A stretch of DNA of 36,869 bases from Elusimicrobiota bacterium (GCA_012511615.1 JAAZFS010000176.1:1-36869); one strand, 5' to 3'; shown: positions 1 to 9,689, counted from the first letter of the stretch. Program-made: numbers and translations. Notes: a model not told the origin generated them from the sequence alone.

Positions 1-50
1 GGAAATACCGCAAGTGGAGACAGATTTAAAGGATTTTATTAAAACGGAGA

Positions 51-1310
51 ATGCGGTTGCGCGAAGATTACATAAGAGGTGATATTTACCGGCAAGACGG
101 AGTCCTCTTTTTAGATGGGGTTAGTCTAGAGGAGCTGGCAAAAGAATGGGATACCCCACTTTATGTTTACAGTGCCCGTCGGCTGAGAGAAAATTTTCTT
201 GCCTATAAAGAAGCCTTTTCTTTTATAGAAACAAAAATATGTTATGCGGTTAAGGCCAATAATTCTCTTGCCATTCTTAGAGAACTTGCCAGTCTTGGCG
301 CCGGTGCAGATATAGTTTCCGGTGGCGAACTCTACCTGGCCCTCAAGGCAGGAATTAAACCGGAGAAAATTGTTTTTGCCGGGGTGGGAAAGACTGACCA
401 AGAGATAAAGGAAGCCCTTTTAGCCGGTGTTTTTTTATTTAATGTTGAAAGCATTCAGGAACTTGAAAGAATTAATTTTCTAGCTGGTAAGATTGGAGAA
501 AAAGCCCGGATAGCCTTCAGAGTTAACCCCGATATTGATCCGATTTCTCATCCAAAAATTTCAACAGGTCTAAAAGAAAGTAAATTTGGAATTTCTAAGG
601 ACTTGGCTATCAAGGCCTATAAGCAGGCGGCATCTATGGAAAATATTGAAATTGGCGGAGTCCATTTTCATATAGGTTCTCAAATAACAAACCTTGGTCC
701 CTTTGAGCTAACGGCAGAAGCTGCTTTTTCACTGGCTGAAGAATTGGCTAAAGAATCTATTAAGCTTGAATACATAAATATCGGTGGAGGCCTGGGTATT
801 GATTATGAAAATACTGGGGTCCCCAAGCCTGTAGAAATTTCTAATATTATGAAAAAATATTTTCAAGGAACTGACTATAAACTGATACTTGAACCAGGGC
901 GATCAATTGTGGGGAACGCCGGTTATCTTCTAAGTGAAATTATCTATATTAAAAAACAAGAAGAGAAAAACTTTGTGATTTTGGATGCTGGCCTTAATGA
1001 TCTTGTTCGGCCGGCTATGTATGGCTCTTATCATGAGATTCTTCCACTTTCTGAAGAAGGAGAGGAGCTAACGAGTGATATTGTTGGACCCATCTGCGAA
1101 GCTGGGGATATATTCGCCTCCGACCGAAAACTGGCGGGGATCAAGAGAAGAAATAAAGTCCTTATTTGCGATGCCGGCGCCTATGGTTTTTCAATGGCTT
1201 CAAACTACAATGCCCGACCTAGACCGGCAGAAGTTTTGATAGATGGGGGAAAGACTTCACTTATTAGAAAAAGAGAAACTTACGCTGATTTGATGGAAAG
1301 GGAACTATGA
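51..1310 (+). CDS. lysA: Diaminopimelate decarboxylase (PLP-dependent)
   Basis: 419-aa ORF. It carries the PLP-lysine context YAVKAN plus GGGLGI, EPGRS and CEAGD motifs typical of LysA. It is the first gene of a dap string and has an ATGA overlap with the next gene. Confidence 0.95.
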   Translation: MRLREDYIRGDIYRQDGVLFLDGVSLEELAKEWDTPLYVYSARRLRENFLAYKEAFSFIETKICYAVKANNSLAILRELASLGAGADIVSGGELYLALKAGIKPEKIVFAGVGKTDQEIKEALLAGVFLFNVESIQELERINFLAGKIGEKARIAFRVNPDIDPISHPKISTGLKESKFGISKDLAIKAYKQAASMENIEIGGVHFHIGSQITNLGPFELTAEAAFSLAEELAKESIKLEYINIGGGLGIDYENTGVPKPVEISNIMKKYFQGTDYKLILEPGRSIVGNAGYLLSEIIYIKKQEEKNFVILDAGLNDLVRPAMYGSYHEILPLSEEGEELTSDIVGPICEAGDIFASDRKLAGIKRRNKVLICDAGAYGFSMASNYNARPRPAEVLIDGGKTSLIRKRETYADLMEREL

Positions 1311-2137
1311 AGAAAGATTTTATAAAGACTGAGAGTGCTGGAAACGATTTTATATTGTTTGATCATACTGAAGGGGAAAGTCTCCCTAACTTGGAAAAAA
1401 ATATAATAAAACTCTGCACCCGAAAACTTGGTATCGGAGCGGACGGGGTGCTTATTATAGAAAATATAGAAAAAGAATCTTCGGCTGATTTTAGAATGAG
1501 AATATTCAACCCCGATGGAGGGGAGGCGGAAATGTGCGGTAATGGTGCCCGCTGTGCAGCTTATTGGTTTTTTCTAAAGACTGGAAAAAGTAAGCTAAAA
1601 TTTCAGACCCTGGGAGGAATGATTTCGGCATCCGTATCTTCTTCGGGCCGGGTTAGGTTGGGCATGCCTTCACCTCAAGGAACTGAACTGGATATTCTTT
1701 TAAATCTTGGCAAAGACCAGCTGAGTATGTCCTTTATAAACACTGGAGTTCCTCATGCAGTGATAGAAACTGATCGACTGGAGCAGGTGGACGTGGATTC
1801 TTTAGGCCGGAAAATCCGGAACCATCCTCATTTTTCTCCTGCTGGAACCAATGTGGATTTTGTTCAGGTTACTGGAAAAAATTCGGTAAGTGTCAGGACT
1901 TATGAGCGAGGTGTGGAAGAGGAAACTTTGGCCTGTGGGACCGGGTCGGTCGCTTCCGTTCTTATAAAGGCCTTAAAGGGTAAAGTGTCTTCACCCGTAA
2001 CAGTCAAAACTCGTGGTGGTGCGCTTTTGAAAGTCTATTTTAAACTCAGCGATGCCGAAGATTTGATTTCAAGACTATATGATGTTAAATTAGAGGGCAA
2101 GGTTAATATTGTATTCAGTGGAAGTATAGATTTATGA
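1307..2137 (+). CDS. dapF: Diaminopimelate epimerase
   Basis: 276-aa ORF. Both catalytic Cys motifs are present (NPDGGEAEMCGNGARC and LACGTGS). It sits between lysA and dapA. Confidence 0.93.
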   Translation: MKKDFIKTESAGNDFILFDHTEGESLPNLEKNIIKLCTRKLGIGADGVLIIENIEKESSADFRMRIFNPDGGEAEMCGNGARCAAYWFFLKTGKSKLKFQTLGGMISASVSSSGRVRLGMPSPQGTELDILLNLGKDQLSMSFINTGVPHAVIETDRLEQVDVDSLGRKIRNHPHFSPAGTNVDFVQVTGKNSVSVRTYERGVEEETLACGTGSVASVLIKALKGKVSSPVTVKTRGGALLKVYFKLSDAEDLISRLYDVKLEGKVNIVFSGSIDL

Positions 2138-2162
2138 TTAAGAATAATCGGGGGAGGAATTA

Positions 2163-3047
2163 ATGTTCAAGGGATCCTGTGTCGCAATAGTCACACCGCA
2201 TAAAGACGGGGAGGCGGATTATAATTCGCTCAAAAAACTCGTCAACTGGCACATTGAGGCAGGGACCGACTGTATAGTTCCCTGTGGAAGCACTGGTGAG
2301 GCGGCTACTCTTGATTACGACGAACATAAGAAAGTTATAAGGACAGTTGTAAAGGCAGTCGCCGGTAGATGCAAAATAATGGCTGGTGCCGGATCAAACT
2401 CTACCAAAGAGACCCTGGAACTCACAGAATTTGCTAAAAACGCCGGTGCAGACGGAGCTCTACTTATTACTCCCTATTACAATAGACCCACTCAGGAAGG
2501 ACTTTTTAAACATTACGAAAAAGTAGCCTTAAAAGTAGACATACCAATTTGTCTTTATAATGTACCCAGACGGACTGGGGTGAATTTGGAGCCGGCTACT
2601 GCCGTTCGGCTGGCTGAACTTGATAATATTATTGCCATAAAAGAAGCCTCAGGAAATATTGCTCAGGCAGGAGAGATACTCCGACTTGCGAAAAATAAAA
2701 TGCTTGTTCTTTCAGGCGATGATTCACTTACCTATCCTCTTATGGCCATGGGTGCCCGTGGAGTGATATCAGTAGTGGCCAACTTGATTCCATCTCAAAT
2801 GCATGAACTTTGCGATCTTTTTCTAAAAGGAGAGAGGGAGGAATCACTAAAACTCCATTTTAAATATTTACCACTTATGGATGCCATGTTCATAGAGACC
2901 AATCCTGCTCCAGTAAAAGAGGCTCTAGCTATGATGGGAAAAATTTGTCCGGAACTTAGACTTCCTTTAGTTAATCTCAGTGAAACATCTATGGAGAAAC
3001 TGAAAAAAGTCCTCTTGGATTTTAATCTGGTAGAAAATGACTCATAA
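2163..3047 (+). CDS. dapA: 4-hydroxy-tetrahydrodipicolinate synthase
   Basis: 294-aa ORF with GSTGEA, YYNRP and the Schiff-base Lys context AIKEASG. An SD-like GGGGAGG lies at 2151-2157. Confidence 0.95.
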   Translation: MFKGSCVAIVTPHKDGEADYNSLKKLVNWHIEAGTDCIVPCGSTGEAATLDYDEHKKVIRTVVKAVAGRCKIMAGAGSNSTKETLELTEFAKNAGADGALLITPYYNRPTQEGLFKHYEKVALKVDIPICLYNVPRRTGVNLEPATAVRLAELDNIIAIKEASGNIAQAGEILRLAKNKMLVLSGDDSLTYPLMAMGARGVISVVANLIPSQMHELCDLFLKGEREESLKLHFKYLPLMDAMFIETNPAPVKEALAMMGKICPELRLPLVNLSETSMEKLKKVLLDFNLVENDS

Positions 3048-3795
3048 AACCTTAGTATCGGGTGGCCTGGGCCGGATGGGCCTGAGAATTTCAAAGATGG
3101 TAAAGGAGAGCACTATTTTAGAGCTTGCCGGAATTCTTGAAAGAGAAGGAATTGAGGATATGCCCAAAGAGCTTTATGGAGTTCCAGTCAGCTGTCAGGA
3201 AGAAATAATAAAAGGGAAAGATGTAATAATAGATTTTTCCAGTCCTGCCAACTCTCTAAGACTTGCTGAAAAAGCTGTAGAATATAAGGCGGCTCTAGTG
3301 ATAGGGACCACGGGACTAAGCGATGATGATTTAAAGAAAATTGCTTTATCGGCAGAGAAAACTCCAGTCCTTTTTGCCCCCAATATGAGTTTAGGAGTTA
3401 ACCTTTTAAAAAGAATAGCAAGTATGATTACCGACGGACTTCCAGGATTTGATAAAGAAATTATCGAGTCCCACCATAACAAAAAGGCCGATGCTCCTTC
3501 AGGGACAGCCCTCTTGTTTGCTGAGGCAGTAAAGAGGGAGGGTGATGAATTTGTTTATGGAAGAGAAGGAATTCCTGGTGCCCGTTCTTCCAACGAGATT
3601 GGTATCCATGCTATAAGGGGCGGAAATATCATTGGAGAGCATAGAGTAATCTGGATAGGCGAGCATGAAACTGTAGAAATCTTTCACAGGGCAGAGACTC
3701 GGGATATTTTTGCCGCTGGTGCCGTTAAGGCGGCAGAATGGTTGGTGAAAAAAGAACCGGGTCCTCTCTATAGTATGGAGGATGTCCTCTTTTGA
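3037..3795 (+). CDS. dapB: 4-hydroxy-tetrahydrodipicolinate reductase
   Basis: 252-aa ORF with an N-terminal GGLGRMG dinucleotide loop and the ESHHNKKADAPSGTA motif (compare the DapB E-x-HH-x-K-x-DAPSGTA signature). It overlaps dapA by 11 nt. Confidence 0.9.
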   Translation: MTHKTLVSGGLGRMGLRISKMVKESTILELAGILEREGIEDMPKELYGVPVSCQEEIIKGKDVIIDFSSPANSLRLAEKAVEYKAALVIGTTGLSDDDLKKIALSAEKTPVLFAPNMSLGVNLLKRIASMITDGLPGFDKEIIESHHNKKADAPSGTALLFAEAVKREGDEFVYGREGIPGARSSNEIGIHAIRGGNIIGEHRVIWIGEHETVEIFHRAETRDIFAAGAVKAAEWLVKKEPGPLYSMEDVLF

Positions 3796-4568
3796 GGTTT
3801 GTAAGATTTTTATATAAGAAAGACCAGGAGTTTGCCGCAGCCTGGGGCCTTTTGCACGAGGATGAGATAGAGTTTATAGAAGGCAATCCTTTTGCAGAGT
3901 GGAAGACTACTGGTGAAACAATAAAAATTTATAAGGTTAGATACCTGGCTCCGACAAGACCTCAAAAAATAATATGTTCTGGCTTGAATTATGCCAATCA
4001 TGCAAAAGAGATGGATATGAAGATACCGCCAGATCCGGTAATATTTCTGAAACCTCCCTCAAGTATTCAGCATCCAGAAGGCGACATTGTAATGCCTCCG
4101 GATTGCAAGGAGTTAGATTTTGAGGCCGAGCTAGCCATTATTATAAAACACAGGGCTAAAAACATAAGTCCCGAAGAGGCTAAGGACTATATTTTAGGCT
4201 ATACTTGCTTAAACGATGTGACGGCAAGAAAATACCAGACCCCTGGTTCTCAATGGACCCGTTCAAAAGGATATGATACATTTTGTCCCATAGGGCCCAT
4301 CATAAGTTGCGGAATAAATCCCAATCGCCTTGATATTAAAACCTTTTTAAATGAAGAAGAAAAACAGTCTTCAAATACCTCGGAAATGATAATAAATGCC
4401 GAGAAATTGGTAAGCATAGTATCCGGTTATATGACTCTTAATCCCGGAGATATAATCTCTACCGGCACACCTTCCGGAGTGGGAAAGATGGTTATCGGAG
4501 ATGTGGTGGAAGTAGTAATAGAAAAGATAGGAACACTAAGGAATTATGTCACAGATGAAGAAATTTGA
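3792..4568 (+). CDS. Fumarylacetoacetate hydrolase (FAH) family protein, FAHD1/YcgM-like; possible oxaloacetate decarboxylase or acylpyruvase
   Basis: 258-aa ORF. The FAH-fold metal ligand motifs DFEAELAIII and CLNDVTAR are present, followed by a C-terminal GDIISTGTPSGVG. It has a TTG start inside a TTGA overlap with the dapB stop and a 23-nt overlap with dapL. Confidence 0.85.
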   Translation: MRFVRFLYKKDQEFAAAWGLLHEDEIEFIEGNPFAEWKTTGETIKIYKVRYLAPTRPQKIICSGLNYANHAKEMDMKIPPDPVIFLKPPSSIQHPEGDIVMPPDCKELDFEAELAIIIKHRAKNISPEEAKDYILGYTCLNDVTARKYQTPGSQWTRSKGYDTFCPIGPIISCGINPNRLDIKTFLNEEEKQSSNTSEMIINAEKLVSIVSGYMTLNPGDIISTGTPSGVGKMVIGDVVEVVIEKIGTLRNYVTDEEI

Positions 4569-5724
4569 ATTTTCGGAGAGGCTGAACAAGCTTCCTCCCT
4601 ACCTATTTATTGAGGTAGATAAGATGAAACAAAAGGCTATAGATGAAGGAGTGGATATCATCAACCTTGGAGTAGGAGATCCTGATATTCCAACTCCCGT
4701 AGCCATTAGAGAAAAATTTAAAGAGGCAATAGATGATGTAGATAATCATCAGTATCCTCTAGGAAAAGGTAAGAAAATTTTCCGTCAGGGAGTGAGAAAG
4801 TTTTTCAAAGACCGCTACAATGTTGAGCTTGATATTGAAAAAAACATCCATCCCCTAATCGGATCAAAAGAGGGGATAGCTCATTTTCCTTTGGCTTTTG
4901 TAGAGCCTGGCGATAAGGTTTTGATACCTGAACCGGCCTATCCTGTCTATAATTCAGGGACGATTTTTGCCCTGGGAGAGCCTTATTTCTTTTCACTGCT
5001 TGAAGAGAATAATTTCCTTCCTGATTTTTCCTCCATCCCAGATAAAGTTCTTGAAGAGGCAAAACTTATTTTCTTAAATTATCCCAACAATCCGACTGGC
5101 GCCCAGGCGGACTTGGAGTTTTTTGAGGAAGTAGTTAGGGTGGCAAAAAAATACAATATAATTGTCTTGCACGACGCTGCCTATAATGAAATGTACTTTG
5201 CCGATCCGCCTCCAAGTATACTTGAAGTTGACGGAGCAATGGATGTGGCGGTGGAGTTTCATTCTCTCTCCAAGACCTTTTCAATGACCGGTTGGAGAAT
5301 TGGTTGGGCCTGTGGTGGTGAAAAACTTATCAGTGGTTTGGCCTCTATCAAAGACAATATTGATTCTGGAGTATTCGGTGCCATTCAGGATGCCGGATAT
5401 TTTGCTCTGGAAAATTATGAGGAACTTACAGAGGACGCAAGAAATACCTATAAAGAGCGCCAGAGAATAATGTATGAGGGATTAAAGAAACTTTCCTGGC
5501 ATCCGGTAAATACCACAGCTACCTTTTATCTTTGGGCAAAACCGCCTCGGGATATTTCTTCGGCTGATGCAGTGAAAGAACTTATTACCGGAGCCGGTAT
5601 AGTATGCACTCCAGGTTCTGGATTTGGCCCTTCAGGTGAGGGCTATGTTAGGTTTGCCCTAACTAGAGATAAATCCAGATTAGAGGAGGCCTTGAAGCGC
5701 CTAGGCGATTTGAAGTGGGATTAA
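4546..5724 (+). CDS. dapL: LL-diaminopimelate aminotransferase (class I aminotransferase, DapL-type)
   Basis: 392-aa ORF with an N-terminal LPPYLF, NYPNNPTG and the PLP-Lys motif SLSKTFSMTGWRIG. It sits with dapA, dapB, dapF and lysA, and no dapC/D/E is present in the operon. An alternative ATG lies at 4555. Confidence 0.82.
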   Translation: MSQMKKFEFSERLNKLPPYLFIEVDKMKQKAIDEGVDIINLGVGDPDIPTPVAIREKFKEAIDDVDNHQYPLGKGKKIFRQGVRKFFKDRYNVELDIEKNIHPLIGSKEGIAHFPLAFVEPGDKVLIPEPAYPVYNSGTIFALGEPYFFSLLEENNFLPDFSSIPDKVLEEAKLIFLNYPNNPTGAQADLEFFEEVVRVAKKYNIIVLHDAAYNEMYFADPPPSILEVDGAMDVAVEFHSLSKTFSMTGWRIGWACGGEKLISGLASIKDNIDSGVFGAIQDAGYFALENYEELTEDARNTYKERQRIMYEGLKKLSWHPVNTTATFYLWAKPPRDISSADAVKELITGAGIVCTPGSGFGPSGEGYVRFALTRDKSRLEEALKRLGDLKWD

Positions 5725-6215
5725 CGGCTCTTTCATTAGGGAGTAATTCTGGCGATAGGGGGGAGAATATTCGTCAGGCAGTTAAGTTTCTTGAAGAAGC
5801 CTTTGGTAAGGTGAATAAAAGCACGGTTTATGAAACGACTCCCTTTTATGAATCTCGGAAAGGTCAGGAGAATTTTTACAATTGTTGCGTAAATTTTAGG
5901 ACTGAAAATACTCCTGAGGAAATCTTAGAGAAAATCCAGGCCATAGAAAATAAAATGGGTCGTGAGCGTCCCTATCCTAATGCTCCTAGAATCATTGATA
6001 TAGATATCATTTTTATTGGTGATGAAATGATTGCCCAAGAGAATCTGACCGTCCCTCATCCTGCAATGCAGGAGCGTCTTTTTGTTCTGGTGCCACTTGT
6101 GGAGATAATGGGAAGCTTTGAACACCCTGCTATAGGCTTGAGTGTGGATGACCTTTTCTATGAATGTCCAGATGATGGTATCCTTGTAGAAATAGAAAAT
6201 TTCTGGGAGACCTGA
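5715..6215 (+). CDS. folK: 2-amino-4-hydroxy-6-hydroxymethyldihydropteridine diphosphokinase
   Basis: 166-aa ORF with a GTG start. It has an N-terminal LSLGSNSGDR, RIIDIDIIF and LTVPHPAMQERLFVLVPL, which are classic HPPK motifs. Confidence 0.9.
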   Translation: MGLTALSLGSNSGDRGENIRQAVKFLEEAFGKVNKSTVYETTPFYESRKGQENFYNCCVNFRTENTPEEILEKIQAIENKMGRERPYPNAPRIIDIDIIFIGDEMIAQENLTVPHPAMQERLFVLVPLVEIMGSFEHPAIGLSVDDLFYECPDDGILVEIENFWET

Positions 6216-6216
6216 T

Positions 6217-6594
6217 ATGGGTTTTATATCAAAAACACTTGCATTATTGATAGCTCTTGAGGGAGTATTGGTTCTTGCTTTTCCTGCCTTTGCAAGAGAG
6301 GCCATGCTTGACCTTGATGAGGGTGAGGGTAAAAACAAAAGACTCTTGGGGGTCTTTTTATTCCTTGCCGGACTAGTCCTTATTTTTCTTACACAGAAAA
6401 CAGTTACGGATCTTTTAGTCCATTGGTTTGTTGCAGTTTATGGAGTTCTTATGGGACTTTATGGTCTCTTTTTTATAACTATCCCTAACCTTGCTTCCCA
6501 TCTTCTTGTTTGGATTTATGCCGAGAAAGGACCTTCCAGAGTGATTGGGGGTCTTCTATTTCTAATCGGTATAATTTTCTTTAAAATTTTATGA
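6217..6594 (+). CDS. Small 4-TM membrane protein; two tandem YjeT/DUF2065-like halves
   Basis: 125-aa ORF with four hydrophobic segments. The first half (ALLIALEGVLVLAFP...RLLGVFLFLAGLVL) resembles the short YjeT-type proteins, and the second half repeats the pattern (AVYGVLMGLYGLFFITIP...RVIGGLLFLIGIIF). It is translationally coupled on both sides. Confidence 0.6.
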   Translation: MGFISKTLALLIALEGVLVLAFPAFAREAMLDLDEGEGKNKRLLGVFLFLAGLVLIFLTQKTVTDLLVHWFVAVYGVLMGLYGLFFITIPNLASHLLVWIYAEKGPSRVIGGLLFLIGIIFFKIL

Positions 6595-6869
6595 TGGACA
6601 AAAAAGATATTGAAAGAATTGCCCACCTGGCCCAGCTGAAACTTTCAGAAGAAGAAAAAACAATTTTTACTGATCAGCTGAATGAGGTTTTTAATCATAT
6701 AAATACTTTCGGAGAGCTTGATACAGTTGACATATCCACCCAGGAGCCTACTGGCATAGATAAGCTTTTACCCAGAGAAGACATTCCTAGAGAATTTTCT
6801 AGGGAAAAAATTATGGCTAATGCTCCCGATAAGGATGAGGACTCATTCAGAGTTAAGAAAGTCCTCTGA
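6591..6869 (+). CDS. gatC: Asp/Glu-tRNA(Asn/Gln) amidotransferase subunit C
   Basis: 92-aa ORF. The IERIAHLAQLKLSEEE start is typical of GatC, and it lies directly upstream of gatA and gatB. Confidence 0.9.
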   Translation: MMDKKDIERIAHLAQLKLSEEEKTIFTDQLNEVFNHINTFGELDTVDISTQEPTGIDKLLPREDIPREFSREKIMANAPDKDEDSFRVKKVL

Positions 6870-8281
6870 TGATAAAAAAGATATTAAAAAAAGTAAACTC
6901 CGATGGAGCTTTTTCTCTAGTAAAACAAGTATCAGCTCAGGTTCTTGAGAGCCAAGAAAAATATAATTCATACATTACTCTCACTCTTGATAGGGCCTCC
7001 AAGCGCGCCCAGGAGATTGATTCACTTTTAAATGCCGGTAAAAATCCCGGACCGCTTGCAGGGATTCCGGTGGCTCTAAAGGATAATCTACTTTATTCAG
7101 GCGAAAAAATGACTTGTGGCTCCAAAATACTTGAAAACTATTTTTCGCCCTATACTGGAACTGCCGTAGAAAAACTTGAAGAGGCCGGCGCCATTGTAAT
7201 AGGGAAGACAAATATGGATGAGTTTGCCATGGGGTCTTCCGGAGAAACTTCCTATTTCGGACCGACAAAAAACCCTCTTCATCCTGATAGGGTTCCAGGT
7301 GGTTCTTCATCCGGATCGGCTGCCGCTGTCGCATCAGGCGATGTCCCAATAGCTTTAGGGTCAGATACTGGAGGTTCCGTCAGACAACCAGCTTCTTTTT
7401 GCGGGGTCTGTGGCCTCAGACCCACATATGGGAGAATCTCAAGATATGGTCTTTCTGCCCTGGCGTCTTCCATAGACCAGATAGGTGTACTTGCTTCAAG
7501 TGTTGAGGATACTGCTCTTGTATATAGTCTTATCTCTGGGCATGACCCTAAGGATTCAACTAGTCTAAATGAAAAAGGATACGAATTATCAGATTCTATA
7601 GAAGAAGGAGTCAAGGGATTAAAGATAGGGATTCCTAAGGAATATATGGGAGAAACTTTGCATAGTGAAATAAGGGAAAGAATTTTAGAAATATCCAACA
7701 AGCTTGTTTCTGCTGGAGCTGAAGTAAAAGAAATTTCCCTGCCCTCATTAGAACAGGCCCTGGCGACTTATTATATTATTGCTCCCGCCGAAATTTCCTC
7801 TAATTTGGCCAGATACGATGGGGTCAGATATGGTTTCCGCGCCCCTGAGGCCCAGACTCTCGAAGAAATGTATATAGAGAGCAGGACCCAGGGTTTTGGT
7901 CCAGAGGTTAAGCGAAGAATTTTGCTGGGGACCTCTATCCTATCCTCTGGAAATTATGAATCATATTATTTAAAAGCCTTGAAAGTGCGGTCTATGATAA
8001 AAAAAGAATTTGAAAAAATTTTTTCAAGCATAGATTTGATATTTTCTCCAACAACTCCAACCCCTCCCTTTAAGTTTGGGGAAGTAAAGGATCCTATGGA
8101 AATGTCTATGGCAGATTCTTATACCATACCTTCAAGTCTGGCGGGTCTGCCGGCAATGAGTGTACCGGTAGGGAGCATAGAGAAAAATCTTCCAGTTGGG
8201 GCCCAGTTAATCGGAGGGACTTTTTCGGAGCCGACTATTTTTAGATGCGCCCGTTTTATGGAGAAGATTTATGAGTCCTGA
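6869..8281 (+). CDS. gatA: Asp/Glu-tRNA(Asn/Gln) amidotransferase subunit A
   Basis: 470-aa ORF with the amidase signature GGSSSGSAAAVA...GSDTGGSVRQPA. It overlaps the gatC stop by 1 nt. Confidence 0.95.
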   Translation: MIKKILKKVNSDGAFSLVKQVSAQVLESQEKYNSYITLTLDRASKRAQEIDSLLNAGKNPGPLAGIPVALKDNLLYSGEKMTCGSKILENYFSPYTGTAVEKLEEAGAIVIGKTNMDEFAMGSSGETSYFGPTKNPLHPDRVPGGSSSGSAAAVASGDVPIALGSDTGGSVRQPASFCGVCGLRPTYGRISRYGLSALASSIDQIGVLASSVEDTALVYSLISGHDPKDSTSLNEKGYELSDSIEEGVKGLKIGIPKEYMGETLHSEIRERILEISNKLVSAGAEVKEISLPSLEQALATYYIIAPAEISSNLARYDGVRYGFRAPEAQTLEEMYIESRTQGFGPEVKRRILLGTSILSSGNYESYYLKALKVRSMIKKEFEKIFSSIDLIFSPTTPTPPFKFGEVKDPMEMSMADSYTIPSSLAGLPAMSVPVGSIEKNLPVGAQLIGGTFSEPTIFRCARFMEKIYES

Positions 8282-9689
8282 TTATATTGTAACTATTGGA
8301 CTGGAAGTCCATGTTCACTTAGATACAAAGACAAAATTATTTTGCTCTTGCCCCAACATTACTGGAGGTGAGCCCAACACCAGGATATGCCCGGTTTGTA
8401 CAGGTCAGCCTGGGGCTCTTCCTGTGTTTAACGAAAGAGTTCTTTTTCAGGCAGTCCTTGCAGCTCTAGCCATAAACTGCCGGATAAATCACAGAAGTAT
8501 ATTTGCTAGAAAACAATATTTTTATCCGGACATGCCTACTAACTACCAGATTACCCAACATGAACTTCCTATCGCAGAAAAGGGCCATTTGGGTGGTACT
8601 GGGATAAACCGCCTGCACATTGAAGAAGATGCCGGAAAACTTATCCATACTGGAGGAAGCTCTTTGGTAGATTTAAACCGGGCCTCAGCTCCACTTATTG
8701 AAATCGTCACCGAGCCGGAAATAACTAGCCCTCAGGAGGCAGGTGATTTTCTTAGAAACCTTCGACAGATACTTAGGTATGCTGGGGTGAGCGACTGCGA
8801 TATGGAAAAGGGTTCTATGAGATGTGATGCCAATATAAGCTTGAGAAAAAATCAGGATGATCCTCTGGGAGTAAAGTCAGAACTAAAAAATCTAAACTCT
8901 TTTAGAAGCGTAGAGATGGCTCTGGACTATGAAATTTTACGCCAGTCTGAAATTCTTTCTTCAGGCGGAGAAGTTATTCAAGAGACTCGGCTTTGGGATG
9001 AAGATTCTTTAAGGACCAAAGGGATGAGGACCAAGGAAGAATCAGATGACTATCGGTTTTTCTCTGATCCTGATCTTCCTCCCTTGCTAGTAGGTGAAGA
9101 TTTTGTTGAAGAAGTTGCTACCTATCTCCCCGAGATGCCTGATGCAAGAAAAAATCGTTTTGTTACAGAGTTTGGACTTTCAGAATATGATGCCGGTGTC
9201 CTAACTCAGGAAAAAGATACTGCCGATTATTTTGAAGAAGCACTCAAAGTCTGTGGACTAAAGCAGTCCAAGATGCTGGCCAGCTGGCTAAGTGTAGAAG
9301 TTGCTGGTCAGCTTAATGCACTTGGAGTTAGCATGTCAGACAACCCAGTTAAACCAGCCCATCTGGGAAGTCTGGTTAGAGAAATAAGCCAGGGAAATGT
9401 TTCGGGTACAATGGCAAAAGATATTTTTGCCGAGATGTTTGAAACCGGTTTTTCACCAGAAAATATTATTGAGAAAAAAGGACTAAAACAGATAAATTCT
9501 GAGGATGAAATAAATGCTTTCTGCGAAAAAGTCCTCAAGGATAATCCTGATTTAGTTGAAAAATATCTTGACGGAAAACATGGGGTGCTGGGCGCCATGG
9601 TGGGCCAGGTAATGAAAGAAAGCCGGGGCCAGGCCAATCCTAAAAAAGTAAACGAAACCCTTCGGCGACTAATCGAAAAGTTTCAATAA
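8271..9689 (+). CDS. gatB: Asp/Glu-tRNA(Asn/Gln) amidotransferase subunit B
   Basis: 472-aa ORF with GLEVHVHL, RKQYFYPDMP, MRCDANISL and a C-terminal GatB/YqeY tail. Confidence 0.95.
   Translation: MSPDYIVTIGLEVHVHLDTKTKLFCSCPNITGGEPNTRICPVCTGQPGALPVFNERVLFQAVLAALAINCRINHRSIFARKQYFYPDMPTNYQITQHELPIAEKGHLGGTGINRLHIEEDAGKLIHTGGSSLVDLNRASAPLIEIVTEPEITSPQEAGDFLRNLRQILRYAGVSDCDMEKGSMRCDANISLRKNQDDPLGVKSELKNLNSFRSVEMALDYEILRQSEILSSGGEVIQETRLWDEDSLRTKGMRTKEESDDYRFFSDPDLPPLLVGEDFVEEVATYLPEMPDARKNRFVTEFGLSEYDAGVLTQEKDTADYFEEALKVCGLKQSKMLASWLSVEVAGQLNALGVSMSDNPVKPAHLGSLVREISQGNVSGTMAKDIFAEMFETGFSPENIIEKKGLKQINSEDEINAFCEKVLKDNPDLVEKYLDGKHGVLGAMVGQVMKESRGQANPKKVNETLRRLIEKFQ

Noticed and set aside
1-50. 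A possible lysine (L-box) riboswitch or upstream gene end before lysA.
   Set aside because: Only 50 nt are visible. Frame 1 is open to a TAA at 40-42, which suggests the 3' end of an upstream CDS (..GNTASGDRFKGFY*). That is too short to identify and too short for an L-box.
7279-7701. A 140-aa minus-strand ORF inside gatA. Similar shadow ORFs occur at 5925-6338, 11523-11930, 12890-13306 and 32999-33454.
   Set aside because: All of them are antisense to strongly conserved enzymes and have no RBS or recognisable domain. Their compositions mirror the sense-strand codons.
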